From: Octopus sinensis
Lineage: Eukaryota
Length of the DNA: 64,000 nt
NCBI RefSeq assembly: GCF_006345805.1
Contig: NC_042998.1
Span: forward strand, 46,128,001 to 46,192,000
Direction: 5' to 3'
This document shows positions 51,004-63,213 of the stretch, piece after piece; position 1 is the first letter of the stretch; each line of letters opens with the position of its first letter. Below the pieces are notes generated by a model. It saw only the letters and a program-made list of their open reading frames with translations, had not been told where the DNA came from and searched no databases. Both the position numbers and the translations under genes were made by a program.

Positions 51004-52129
51004 TATTTTATAAAATTTCTTGATAATTATAGTTGGATTAAGATTACCCTTTCCTTGCTTTGATGTAAAACTGAACTCTCTAAATTCTTTACAGTGTTCC
51101 TTCAAAGTAGAGTTGGAAATTATCTTGTGCACCAAAAAAAAAAACAAGAAAAAACCAGAATTTCTTCAGGCATGTATGTTTTAAGCATCAAAGATTATGT
51201 ATCTAACTGTCCCCTCCCACTGCCAAAAGAAAGCTGGGGTGATAAGATGGCCCTTGCATTAATGTTCTTTATAAATATGGATGAATCTGAAGAAAAAAAT
51301 TGCTGAAAAAGTCAAAACTGAAAGATTACAGAATGGAAGAAAATACCCTCCTCTTGAATTTTTTGCTTTTTGCATACTCATTACTTATGATGCTTAAAGA
51401 AATTAGAAACTTAGAAGTTAGAAACATCAGAAGAAATTAGAAACTTTGTTACTCTCAGTAATTTCTGTTTTCTACTTTCTACTTGAGTGTTTATTTACTG
51501 TTTCTTTTCCTTATCTTTCAGTAAGTTTCCAACAATTAAGTTACTTTAAGAATGTCCCGAAGATTAAATGGTTTCTGAACTGGTGAAATGGTTTACTGGT
51601 GAAATTAGATATATTCACTCAAAATTTAATTACCCTTAATTGTGGTAAGCAGTTTTACATACCAACCTACCTTTTGTTGAGGAATGTCATGTTTGAAATT
51701 ATTTCTTGTTGAGATATATCAAATTTATTGAGGCAAAATGACTTACAGAAAATACCAAGTCTATTTTCTTTTTTTCTTGGTAGATAGTTAACAGCATTAC
51801 TGGAATAGCCATGAAATTTAATTTTGCAGTTAAAGAGTTAAGAGGCATCAAGTAACAGGCACTCTTCTTTATTACTTTCTTAATAGTTACATCATTTTAT
51901 GTTGTTGATGTTTTGGCCAAAGGCAGTTCTATCTGAGCAGACTTAAAATTAAAGACAATCCAGCCATGACCCTTCCATTTTGTTCTTCAGACATATCCTA
52001 TCTAAGACTATATTGTCCAATGTGTTCTCTTTCAAGATGATATTATTTGAGATAGATTTGACTTCTATTTCTAGTAAGTCAAGTAATTGTGTAGAGGCTC
52101 CCTTGTTAGGTACATCAACTCATGAATCT

Positions 52130-52812
52130 TTACCTTTTATTTGTTTCAGTCATTAGACTGTGGCCATGCTGGCGCACCACCTTGAAGAATTTTTAGTTGA
52201 CTGAATCGACCCCAGTACTTATTTTTTGTTAAGTCTGGTACTTACTCTATCAGTCTCTTTTGCTGAAGTTATGGGGATGTAAACACACCAAAACCAGTTG
52301 TTAAATGGTACCAGCAGACAAACACAGTTGCAAAGACACATGCATGCACACACACACACACACACGATGGGCTTCTTTCAGTTTCTGTCTATCAAATCTA
52401 TACACAAGGCTTTGGTCAGTAGAAGACACTTTCCTAAGGTACCACACAATGTTCATTAAGTTTATTTGTATATACCACCATGTATATCTCAGTTTTAGAA
52501 TGGATACAGCTATTTCTTTACTACCCACAAAGTGCTAAACACAGAGGGGACAAACACTGCTTAGCATTTCACCTGGCATGCTAACGTTTCTTATTTCTTA
52601 ATTGCCCACAAGGGGCTAAACACAGAGGGGACACACATGGACAGACAAAGGGATTAAGTCGATTGCATCGACCCCAGTGCGTAACTGGTACTTATTTAAT
52701 CGACCCCGAAAGGATGAAAGGCAAAGTCAGCCTCAGCGGAATTTGAACTCAGAACGTAGTGGCAGATGAAATATCACTAAGCATTTCGCCAGGCATGCTA
52801 ACATTTCTGCCA
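52130..52812 (-). mobile_element. Cluster of SINE A (52130-52450) and SINE B copies (~52510-52812)
   Basis: Reverse complements of the family sequences. Confidence 0.8.
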
Positions 52813-53680
52813 ACACCATAGTCCAGCAAGTTGTAAGAGGGGACTAAAAGGGTTCACACATAGGAAAGGCATCTGGCTGTAAAATATTGCATCAGAAAAA
52901 CCATCCATCTCTTGCCATCGTGGAAAAGCAGACATAAATAGATGCTGGTGGTGGTGGTAGCAGTGGTGATAATGATTTGCAATATTTTGATTTATGATGT
53001 AGACTTGTCCAAAATGAACTGTCTCGTTTTTCTTCCATGGAGACGAGTGTCTTGAAAAAAATTAAGTTCTCCTTGGTCATGTAATATAATCTGTCATTAT
53101 TGTTTTTTTCTTCTTATGGATTATCGTAAGGCTCTTTCTCCTTCCCTGTCAAAGTTAAATGAATTGTTTGTGTTCTTTTGGCTGTTGTTCTTCCTCATAC
53201 TGCTGCCGCCTTGCATTTTGAGCTATTAATTGCAGCTGCTACGAAATACATTTCTAGATCACTATGCTAACATTCTCAGTCATTATGATCACAGCTGACT
53301 CTCATAGATAAGAAATAATAGTGATTGTTTTAGGTCTGTGAGATTACTTCGCTCATGACCAATGAAAAATTTAGTATTATATTTTACTCAACTGTTAGGG
53401 AAAAAATAACTCTTCATTGACGAAGACTTTGTGAATTTATAAAGAAATTGTGTTGTGGTCTCTATTTAGCAAAGATATGCCCATCATTAGTAGATCTATG
53501 AATAATACAATGTTAAGAGGAGAGTGTTTCACAACAACTATCTCATGTGTGTTTATATATATATATATATATTGTTGCTATTATGCAAAAGTATTGTAAG
53601 TCTGAACCATTGTCTTTTCAGAAAATAAATATATATATATATATTATCATTTTCTACCTTGACTTTTTTTCCATATATAT

Positions 53681-53714
<34 letters not shown>

Positions 53715-53825
53715 CATATATTGATAAACTGGTAAGACAACAAAAGAATGAAAGAGACCTTGATATTATGTAAATAGAGGAATTTATCTGTAAATGTATT
53801 ATGTGACAATTATTCGGTAGCCATA

Positions 53826-53884
53826 ATAAAACTCCGAGTTTCGGATGCCAAGGTGGAAATTCACGCCACCATCTCTTCAGTTAT
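53826..53884 (-). ncRNA. Type I hammerhead ribozyme motif, copy 1
   Basis: The - strand reads AUAA-CUGAAGA-GAUG GUGG..CCAC..CAUC-C-GAAA-CUCGGAG-U-U-UUAU. Both core boxes, stems I and II, a palindromic stem III (ACUC-G-GAGU) and a GUU triplet are present; there is one extra C before GAAA. Confidence 0.75.
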
Positions 53885-54162
53885 CCGGCCATCGGAGAAA
53901 TACTATGATAAATGACAGTTATACAAAGGGAAATTACTGTGTGATTGACCTTTAATAAGACAAAAGAGTTATTTGAATGATTGCTAAGTGAGGGGAGGGA
54001 GTAAAAGTAAAGGGATAAAAAAGTTCATAGTATTCGCGTAAGCGCGCATGTTCATACCTACACATGCGCACCCGCACACCCACGTGAGTGTGCCTAAAAG
54101 TATACATTCATCCACCCTCACTTGAAACGTACACATCCTCACCCACACCATTCACTATATAT

Positions 54163-54205
<43 letters not shown>

Positions 54206-54681
54206 AACTCACACACGCACACCATAAAGGTTCATACACACGTTTATATACGCCCAAGCATATATTGTTACCCTTAGCCCTGTTTTTTCTTGTGCTTGTG
54301 CATATATAGACGTGTTTATGAACCTTTATGGTGCGTGCGTGTGTGTGTGTTGACGAAGGAAGAAAGCTTATTTTTTGCTTTAATCCAGAAATTGGAACCA
54401 ATTCACAATTAATGTGAGGTTTTTTAATTTTCTCTTACTAGCCTGCTTTCAACTATGTGTATATTTAGCAGGAGTTTTTGGTAGTTTTTGAAGATTTTGG
54501 TTCTTCAAGCATGCTGGAGACAGGTTGTTTTCATCCTATCTTCCATGATATAATTATATGTGTGTTTATATATATATATATATATTGTTGCTATTATGCA
54601 AAAGTATTGTAAGTCTGAACCATTGTCTTTTCAGAAAATAAATATATATATATATTATCATTTTCTACCTTGACTTTTTTT

Positions 54682-54732
<51 letters not shown>

Positions 54733-54837
54733 TTGATAAACTGGTAAGACAACAAAAGAATGAAAGAGACCTTGATATTATGTAAATAGAGGAATTTATC
54801 TGTAAATGTATTATGTGACAATTATTCGGTAGCCATA

Positions 54838-54896
54838 ATAAAACTCCGAGTTTCGGATGCCAAGGTGGAAATTCACGCCACCATCTCTTCAGTTAT
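54838..54896 (-). ncRNA. Type I hammerhead ribozyme motif, copy 2 (identical)
   Basis: Same sequence as 53826-53884, offset by 1012 bp. Confidence 0.75.
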
Positions 54897-55167
54897 CCGG
54901 CCATCGGAGAAATACTATGATAAATGACAGTTATACAAAGGGAAATTACTGTGTGATTGACCTTTAATAAGACAAAAGAGTTATTTGAATGATTGCTAAG
55001 TGAGGGGAGGGAGTAAAAGTAAAGGGATAAAAAAGTTCATAGTATTCGCGTAAGCGCACATGTTCATACCTACACATGCGCACCCGCACACCCACGTGAG
55101 TGTGCCTAAAAGTATACATTCATCCACCCTCACTTGAAACGTACACATCCTCACCCACACCATTCAC

Positions 55168-55221
<54 letters not shown>

Positions 55222-55579
55222 AACTCACACACGCACACCATAAAGGTTCATACACACGTTTATATACGCCCAAGCATATATTGTTACCCTTAGCCCTGTT
55301 TTTTCTTGTGCTTGTGCATATATAGACGTGTTTATGAACCTTTATGGTGCGTGCGTGTGTGTGTGTTGACGAAGGAAGAAAGCTTATTTTTTGCTTTAAT
55401 CCAGAAATTGGAACCAATTCACAATTAATGTGAGGTTTTTTAATTTTCTCTTACTAGCCTGCTTTCAACCATGTGTATATTTAGCAGGAGTTTTTGGTAG
55501 TTTTTGAAGATTTTGGTTCTTCAAGCATGCTGGAGACAGGTTGTTTTCATCCTATCTTCCATGATATAATTATATGTGT

Positions 55580-55610
<31 letters not shown>

Positions 55611-56740
55611 ACTAGAATGGCGGGCAAACAAAACACGTGTAAGGAAAGTATTCTGTATGAAAAATTGTACATAAAATTTACATGAAATAAGCCTGTCTTG
55701 TCTTTATGGCTGTTTCTTGTTTGCAGATAGTAAGTGAGTGAGTGTGTGTGTGTGTGTGCCACCTTGTCTTGGCACCATGTAACAATTGTAATCGAATGTT
55801 ACTGTCATACAAATGGTGTCATTCGTTTCCAATCTACGGTGAAAACTTGTCTCGTCATGAGGGAAATATTACCTTCCTTAGAAAGAATTGGGGGTTGACA
55901 ACAAGAAGGACATTTGACCATAGAAAATTTTTGTTAATGAATTCTGACTGACCCATGTAAGCATAGAAAAGTGAAGGCTGTTAAAATGATGATGATGATG
56001 ATGACGACAACGATGACGACGACGACGATCTAACAGATTTGGCATTTCAACCATAGTTCTGAAATGTTATTATAAATTTCAGTTGTTCAAAAGTTAAAAA
56101 GAAGGAGAAAAAAATCCAACAAGATTTCCAAACACAGTAAAAAGAAAACAAAAATAATAATGTGGTCTTTATTGTATTTCAATCTAAACAGCATATTGAA
56201 ACCAGCTGTCACACAAAGTTGAGCGTCAGCTAGAAATTTATACTTAGGAAATATGAAATCTTGTTCTTGAGGAAAAAAAAACCCACTATTTACCAAATGG
56301 TATCTACTGTTGACACTCTATATGTTAGGTAAACTGGAGACAATACACTTTTAACAATCATTGTCAATGCCAGATGTACACATCTACAAGATGGCCTATA
56401 AAATGAAACTGCAATTCCTTATAATAATGGATTTTGTGTCTTACAACAGAGTACATTTTCATGTAACATTTTGCAATGTTTGACAGAAGAGAAGTATAGT
56501 GTAGAAATAAAAATATGTCAACAAACATATTGTTAACTCTAGCACATCTAAGCTAAATATTCTACTTGTTTTATGTTCAAACCCTCTCAGATTCAGCCTC
56601 TCACACTTGCCCTGCAATGTCATTCTAAAACTAAACAAACAACATTGAAATCTTAAAGCTATAAGATAATGCTTGATTAATTCAAAACTGTAAATAAATA
56701 AGCTTTACATTTGGCAGAGTAATCTGAATGTTAAAGAGTT

Positions 56741-57152
56741 TATAGTAGCACAAGCAGTCAGCGCCATATTGGATGAGATTTCACGGCAGCCATTGCCATC
56801 TCTGAGACTAGAGCGAAACCTCACCTGCATCCATTTGCCATGTGCGAGATCACAACAAGGCTCGTGATGGCGAACTGTATATAAGGGCAAAACAGAAACA
56901 GATTCATTCCTTTTCTCTCCGCTTCTTCGCAGCAGCGATTGCTGAGCACACTTCACTGGCTGGGCCTGTCTGCATGTTGTACCTCCAGAAGCAATGTGCC
57001 TGTAGTAATGGTGATACAACACCATGCATACAGCTTGAGATGGTTGTTGCGAGCAGCACACTTCACCTATTCTATGAAACGTAAATAAACTGGTTGTAAA
57101 TTGCACCTGTACTTAACGACTTCTTTCTTCACCTGCCGGAGTCTGAACTACA
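56741..57152 (+). mobile_element. Solo LTR (~410 bp)
   Basis: Termini TATAGT (from TGTAGT) and ACTACA, TATATAAG at ~56878, AATAAA at ~57084, higher GC than flanks; no TSD seen. Confidence 0.6.
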
Positions 57153-57699
57153 CAAAGAACAAAAGAGATAATGGGAGAAGGTGAAATTCTCCCGTTATCG
57201 TAAACCTTGCCTTCCATTATAAGTTAAAGGGCCTTTCCAACTAAAAGCAGAACAGAATTCTACTTGGTGCTTTTAAAGCACTATGTTGACTGTAATGAAG
57301 AAGACCAATGATCAAAAGGCATTCCAGCCATGACCATTGTATCTAATTTTGTATCTCAGATACAGTATATCTAAGCTCATATTTTTTTTTCCTTTGGGGT
57401 GTAGTTTGTGAGAGAATTGACTACTATTTTTAGCAGGCCAACTGACCACGTAGAAAGTTCATTGTTAGCTTAGAATTCCACTTGTAGCAGGGACTGGTTG
57501 TTATAGTACTTCTGGTGCCAACATCTAATTATGGCAGTGACACCAAAACACTACACTTGACCAATTACTGACCACTGCATTCAGACAAGCAAATACACAA
57601 CTGCTGCAATAATATTTAAACAACAGTAAACTCAGAGTAATAAAAGAGTGTAGTCTCAACTTTAAATAAATCAATAAACTCTGCTATATGCATTTAGGC

Positions 57700-58280
57700 C
57701 ATAGCTACAGATGTGTGCCCCTCCACCAGATAACTTTCTTTATAATTTCCTGAAAATGGATATTTTTTTAAATAAATTTTACAGAGTAAGTAAAAAAGTA
57801 AAAGTAAAAAAGATACAATTTAACAGTATAAATAAGGGTTACATTGAAATTTATTATGGAAATTCTTTTGGAGAGATGGAGAGGAGTTTCAGATAATAAA
57901 CACTTCTCAACTTATTTCCTCCATAACATTTTGAAAAATAGATATTTTTAAATAAAGTTTCCTACAAATATGTTTTACATGGTGAAGGTTATGATTATAT
58001 CAGTATTTGATATGTAAAAAAAACTGGGAGTGGGGTTAGATATTTATGTTTCTTCATATATTTTGGTGAGGTGTGTGAATTATCTAACCCCCCCCATCCT
58101 CCATCGGCCAGTTTTTTTTTTGTTTTTTTTTTGCTCACATCAAAATTCCAATATAATTGTAATCTACACCATCTGCAATGTATTTGTTGAAAATTTTATC
58201 AAAAAAATATCCATTTTTCAGAAAGTTATGAGGAAACAAGTTTGGGCTGTAGGGTGGGATGAGCACACATCTATAGTTGC
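57700..58280. mobile_element. Non-autonomous DNA transposon (MITE) with ~80 bp imperfect TIRs
   Basis: CTACAGATGTGTGCCC...ATAATTTCCTGAAAATGGATATTTTTT pairs with AAAAAATATCCATTTTTCAGAAAGTTAT...GAGCACACATCTATAG; a third copy of the subterminal motif lies at ~57911-57960. Confidence 0.7.
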
Positions 58281-58459
58281 GTTGTATTTTGTACAGTTTA
58301 TCTCTGAATTTTTTAAACTTTCAAATTCTCTTCTTCTCAGCTGGAAAATAAGGCCTTGACAATTCAGCGTTATTCAGGCTAGAATTTTACCATTCTGTCT
58401 TTTATTCTATGCTACATGTATTTTTATTTCAGCTAGCTCTTAACCACTCTTTAGAAAAC

Positions 58460-58742
58460 ACACTGCTCAGTGGTTAGAGTGTCAGGCTCACTATCATGAG
58501 GTAGTGAGTTTGATTCCTGGACCAGGCTATGTATTGTGTTCTTGAGCAAGACACTTTATTTCACTTTGCTCCAGTTCACTCAGCTGTAGAAATGAGTTGT
58601 GACATCATTGGTGCCAAGCTGTATCAGCCTTTGCCTTTCCTTTGGATAATATTAGTGGCATGGAAAGTGGAGGCTGGTATACATGAGTGACTGCTGGTCT
58701 TACCTAAATAACCTTGCCTCGACTTGTGCTTTGGAAGGGAAG
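58460..58742 (+). mobile_element. SINE family C (tRNA head GCTCAGTGGTTAGAG; TGTGTTCTTGAGCAAGACACTTT core resembling Meta/V-SINE domains)
   Basis: A and B boxes plus shared core; an inverted copy follows at 59030-59250. Confidence 0.82.
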
Positions 58743-58819
58743 ACCATTCGCAAAGACAGCCATGTTGATGTGACTATGAACATTACTTATATATATATAT
58801 AAATACATATATATATATA

Positions 58820-58922
58820 CTTTATTTAAAAGCAGCAGAAATTTAACAAAAGCTGTTACTTGGAGTTCCACGTTCCCGTTTGTAGGACAGTTTTGTTAAA
58901 TTTCTGCTGCTTTTAAATAAAG
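58820..58922. repeat. Perfect 32 bp inverted repeat enclosing a degenerate hammerhead-like loop, embedded in (TA)n
   Basis: CTTTATTTAAAAGCAGCAGAAATTTAACAAAA (58820-58851) is the exact reverse complement of 58891-58922. Confidence 0.92.
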
Positions 58923-58992
58923 CATATTACTCTACCTCTGGTATTTGAGTACTCTTTTTTCCCCCATGTTTCACATTTATGTGTTTACTCTG

Positions 58993-59029
<37 letters not shown>

Positions 59030-59031
<2 letters not shown>

Positions 59032-59250
59032 AGGTTCAGGCAAGGTTGTTTTGTGGAAAAACAGCAGTTACCCATGCATACCAGCCTTTCCTCTCTATGC
59101 CACTAATGTTATCCAAGGGAAAACCTGTGACATTGCAATTCATTTCTACAGCTGAGTGAACTGGTGAAATGTGAAATAAAGTGTCTTGTTTGAGAACACA
59201 ACACTCAGCCCAGTCTGGGAATCAAACTCATAACCACTGAGCCATGTACT
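59030..59250 (-). mobile_element. SINE family C, inverted relative to 58460-58742
   Basis: TTCTACAGCTGAGTGAACTGG...GTGAAATAAAGTGTCTTG...TAACCACTGAGCCATG. Confidence 0.8.
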
Positions 59251-60444
59251 TAAATAAGAAATAAAACCTTGAAGTATACTTGTTATTTTAGTTTAATTTG
59301 TTTTGTCTGGTTTATATAATTTGTACATGACTAACAACATTGGAAACAATTTATTTCTAGATTAATAGTTAAATTGTATTTAATGAGTCTTTTATATAAT
59401 CTTAATGCTTGTGTACTTATTAGCTTGACATATTTCAAACATAAATTCAAATTAGTTCTGCTTGAAACAAACTTCTTTATCCAATATAAAAGAAAATTAG
59501 ATAGAAATTTTTTTTATATATTTTTCTTAGATAAGTTTACACCACAATTACTATGTTTCTTCATCATCAGGCAGTGTTTTCTTAAAGTAAGGACATATTG
59601 GGCAGTTACCCAGGAGCTTCACAGGTCCAGGGATCCAATTCTGATCTATGTATGTTGTGGCTTGCTGTCATTAAATAAATACTATATGGCCCTGTGCATT
59701 GATTTGCCCAGGGCTATAATACTTCCAAGACAGCCCGGTTTCCATGGAAAACTTCTGTAATATACCATTAAATCTAGAACCTTCATGTAACCAACTACAT
59801 CTTCTGTTCTACTAAATGTCTTTTTGCCCAAAGGGATATTTTGTCCATTTAAGATTCTCAAGAATTCGACTTCATAATTTTTATGAGGTTTATACCAAAG
59901 CATTGTATTTTTCTGAGACGAGAATACTTCATTAAACATTGTGTTAGCAACGCAGCATATATATATGAATAGCTTTCACTTGGAGATTTAGAGTTCTTCT
60001 AAGAGCAACAAAACACCAGACTCAGATAACATAGCAATCATCTAGAAAAGTCTACTTTCCCACAAACATCAGTTTGAGATTACAGAGATGTACTTGTATA
60101 GCAAGTCTTTTGATCTGAGATTGTGTACTGAAACTAAAGCGATTATAATGTGGAAGATGGAAGTCAGTCATTCAGAAAAATGCAACACATTTATTTATAA
60201 TATCGTCTCAAAACTTTTGTTACTTGAAACTGTGATCTGTTCACTGACGAAAAAAAAAAAAAAATGTTGACACCATTGCAAATAAATGTTTAAGTGAAGC
60301 TTTTGTGTGTTTCTGAATAGCTAACTTATGTCTTCCACACTGCAATTGTATTTGTTTGAGATTTATAAAGGAAACAGAATAACAGCCTTCTTAAAGTTTT
60401 CAATTATTCTGCTTCCAAAGAAAGATGCTCCTGCCTCTGAACTA

Positions 60445-61884
60445 CACCCAGAACCACACTAATAGATTAGGAGTGAAATTTAGGATTTCCCAGTTTTCTG
60501 TGAATCGATTTTAGTTGGCACACTATGGCAACACTATTGCTATGTTTTCATTATTCTTCGTAAAGTCCTTTCTTTTTTATTTCAGATTCTTTAGTTTTTG
60601 GGTGAACCAGGCTAATAGGCTTTTGAATGAAAATAACCCATCTAGACATTTTTTTTCAGAAAATGAAGGGTAATGATACATATTAAACATACATTGAGTA
60701 TATATTTAACAGAAAACCATAATAATTTTATAACATTTATTGACATAATGAATTATTTAACCACATGAATGCCATTTTGATGGATAACTCCAAAAAAACC
60801 TTATTAGTTATGGAACCTCTCATTTCTTAATAGTAGCAGGTTGGACTGCCTCTGCTGCAGCTTTGATGGTCACCCATAAGACATCTTTCGATGTAAATGT
60901 CTTGTTTAATGATGAACCAAAGATTTTTAATAGGGTTGAGATTCAGAGATGCTGGCGGCCACACTATCAACCTTTCATTCTGTATGCTGTAAGACCCTAG
61001 TAATGATTGGGTAGTCCTAGCAGAGTGGGAGGGAGCATTGTCATGCATGAATACGAGATTCCTTAGAAGTGACAGCAGTATGTCATCTAGCTAGGTATCC
61101 AAGGTATTCAGGAGATTGCAGTAGGTGGCTGTGGTCACTTTAACCCCTCAGGTACCCCGACTAGGCCAACTAGTTTGTCCCCAATGATACCAACCCACAT
61201 CATGACTCATCCACCCTGTTGTTGATGCTCATCTCCAAAATAGACCCAATCATTTGCCCAACTGTCAGGTCCGTCAGGGTCACCCTGGTTTTGTCAGCGA
61301 ACTGAGCACAGCTCATGTCTAATGTCATGTTCTTTTAGGCCCATTGAAATCTCAAGCTCCTGTGATGGGGCATTAAAGGAGGTTGTTTCGGGAGTTCTTG
61401 GACAGAAGCTATAGTCTTGAAGATGTGATTTCTGGTGGTTTCCAATACATGAGGAAGCCTGGATGTGGTGAAAATGGCTTTGCTTGTTTGTTCAGGTTTC
61501 CCACATAACTTGCTGCTAACATTCCTTAGATCCCTAGCTGTCACAGTCTTGGAAGTCCCACAATCAGATTGTTTCTTCCTTGGCTACAAGGCCTCCAGGA
61601 ATTGTCTAACTGTGTCCACGTGACAACCTAACCTGCAATGACATGATGAGAGGCCTTTTCCACATCCCTTTGTTCTTAGAGAGGAGGGATGCTATTTGCA
61701 TGGGTCACCCAAAACCTGAAGAATCTGAAATAAAAAAGAAAGGACATTACACAGAATAATGAAAACATAACAATGGTGTTGCCATAATGTGCAAACCAGC
61801 TGAGAAAAAATTTATAAAAATCGATTCACAGAAAACAGAGAATTCCTAAATTTCACTCCTAAGCTATTAACGTGGTTCTGGGTG
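60445..61884 (-). mobile_element. Tc1-like transposon with DD37E spacing (TRT-like), defective
   Basis: ~66 bp TIRs TA|CACCCAGAACCAC... and ...GTGGTTCTGGGTG|TA. The - strand gives FADKTRVTL/DGPDSWANDWV, VMMWVGIIGDKLVG and FMHDNAPSH-...-WPPASLNLNPIKNLW, with 37 residues between the second D and the E position (here K). Confidence 0.9.
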
Positions 61885-62199
61885 TATATAGAATTACACT
61901 CTCATCTTGAACCTCAAAATATACATCTTTATACTTCTTGATAGAATTTGTCCCTCATATTGATCCCATCCTATAACAGAACTAAAATGACTTTACATTG
62001 CTTACGTAACACTCATCATCACCATTTGTTATTCATCCATTCACCATCATTCACGCTTCCATGCACCTTTGCAATCCCTACCTACACACACTCCCAGTTC
62101 TTCTACCCCCATTCATTTCCAGTCACCTTGTGCCTTGATGGTTCACACAAATACAGTGACAGCTATGGTTTAATTTAATGTCTTCTATATCCACACATA

Positions 62200-63172
62200 T
62201 GAGGTGATATCAAAATTTCCCAGACTAGTTCTGTAGTATGCCAACAGATGGCAGTGCATGGTTGAGTACATTGTGAGAGCTAGCCATTACCTTCACAAGG
62301 CAGTGTACTGAGTGACATAGCTGTGTTTACTTTGTAGGTTGTGAAATTTGTGTTTTTGTGATCATGTGTATGCTGTAGTCAGTGAGTTTTGTCTTTGACA
62401 GGAAGTTGGAACAAAGAGCCAGCATGAAATTTTGCATTTAACTTGAGAAGTCTGCTACAGAGACATTAAGCATACTTTGGCAAGCTTAAGGCGATGAGGC
62501 AATGGGTTGTACGCAATGTTTTGAGTGGCACAGGTGCTTCAAAAAGCATGACAGATCTGCAGCTCAATCAAGAGCATGCACATCATTTTCTCAAAATCCA
62601 TGGTATTGTGCATTGAGCATTGGCACCAGGGCTCGACCGTCAGTCGAGAGTTCTACTGCAATGTTTTGAAGCATCTGAGGGAGGACATTTGGTGAAAGTG
62701 ACTGAATCTGTAGAGTGTGAAGAACTGAACTTTTTATGACAACAATGTACCCTGTCACTGAGCTCTCCTCATTCATGAAAAAACAAGGGTAAATTCGCAA
62801 TGGTGTTCAGTGAACAAATTAAACACACTACCCAGCAGTGGCTAAAATGCAAACCAATCAAGTTTATGTATAAATTTTCTTTTTATATGTTTGTTTCCTT
62901 TTACACAATATTAAAACAATGGCTAAAAATTTTCTAAAGCTGCACCCCTACTAATATTATCTGCGAGCTGCCACTGGACTGCAGCCTTACTGAAGCACCA
63001 TCTTGAAGAATTGTAGTCAGACGAATCGACTCCAATACTAATTTTTTAAGCCTGTTATTTATTCTATCAGTCACTTTTGCCAAACTGCTAAGTTACAGCA
63101 ATGTAAACACAGCAACACTGTTTGTGAAGTAATGGTGGGGACAAACACAAAGGTGTGCACACATACACACAC

Positions 63173-63213
<41 letters not shown>

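Larger units (their letters stand above)
53545..55610. repeat. Tandem duplication of a ~1.01 kb non-coding unit bounded by ATGTGTGTTT(AT)n
   Basis: 53545-54556 and 54557-55573 are near-identical. I see two substitutions (GCGCGCATG/GCGCACATG and CAACTATG/CAACCATG) plus microsatellite and homopolymer length changes. Confidence 0.95.

Noticed and set aside
59374-59939. ORFs of 128 aa (+) and 85 aa (-) as host exons
   Set aside because: They overlap a probable small MITE (~59568-59738), lack an in-frame splice acceptor and resemble no protein I recognise.
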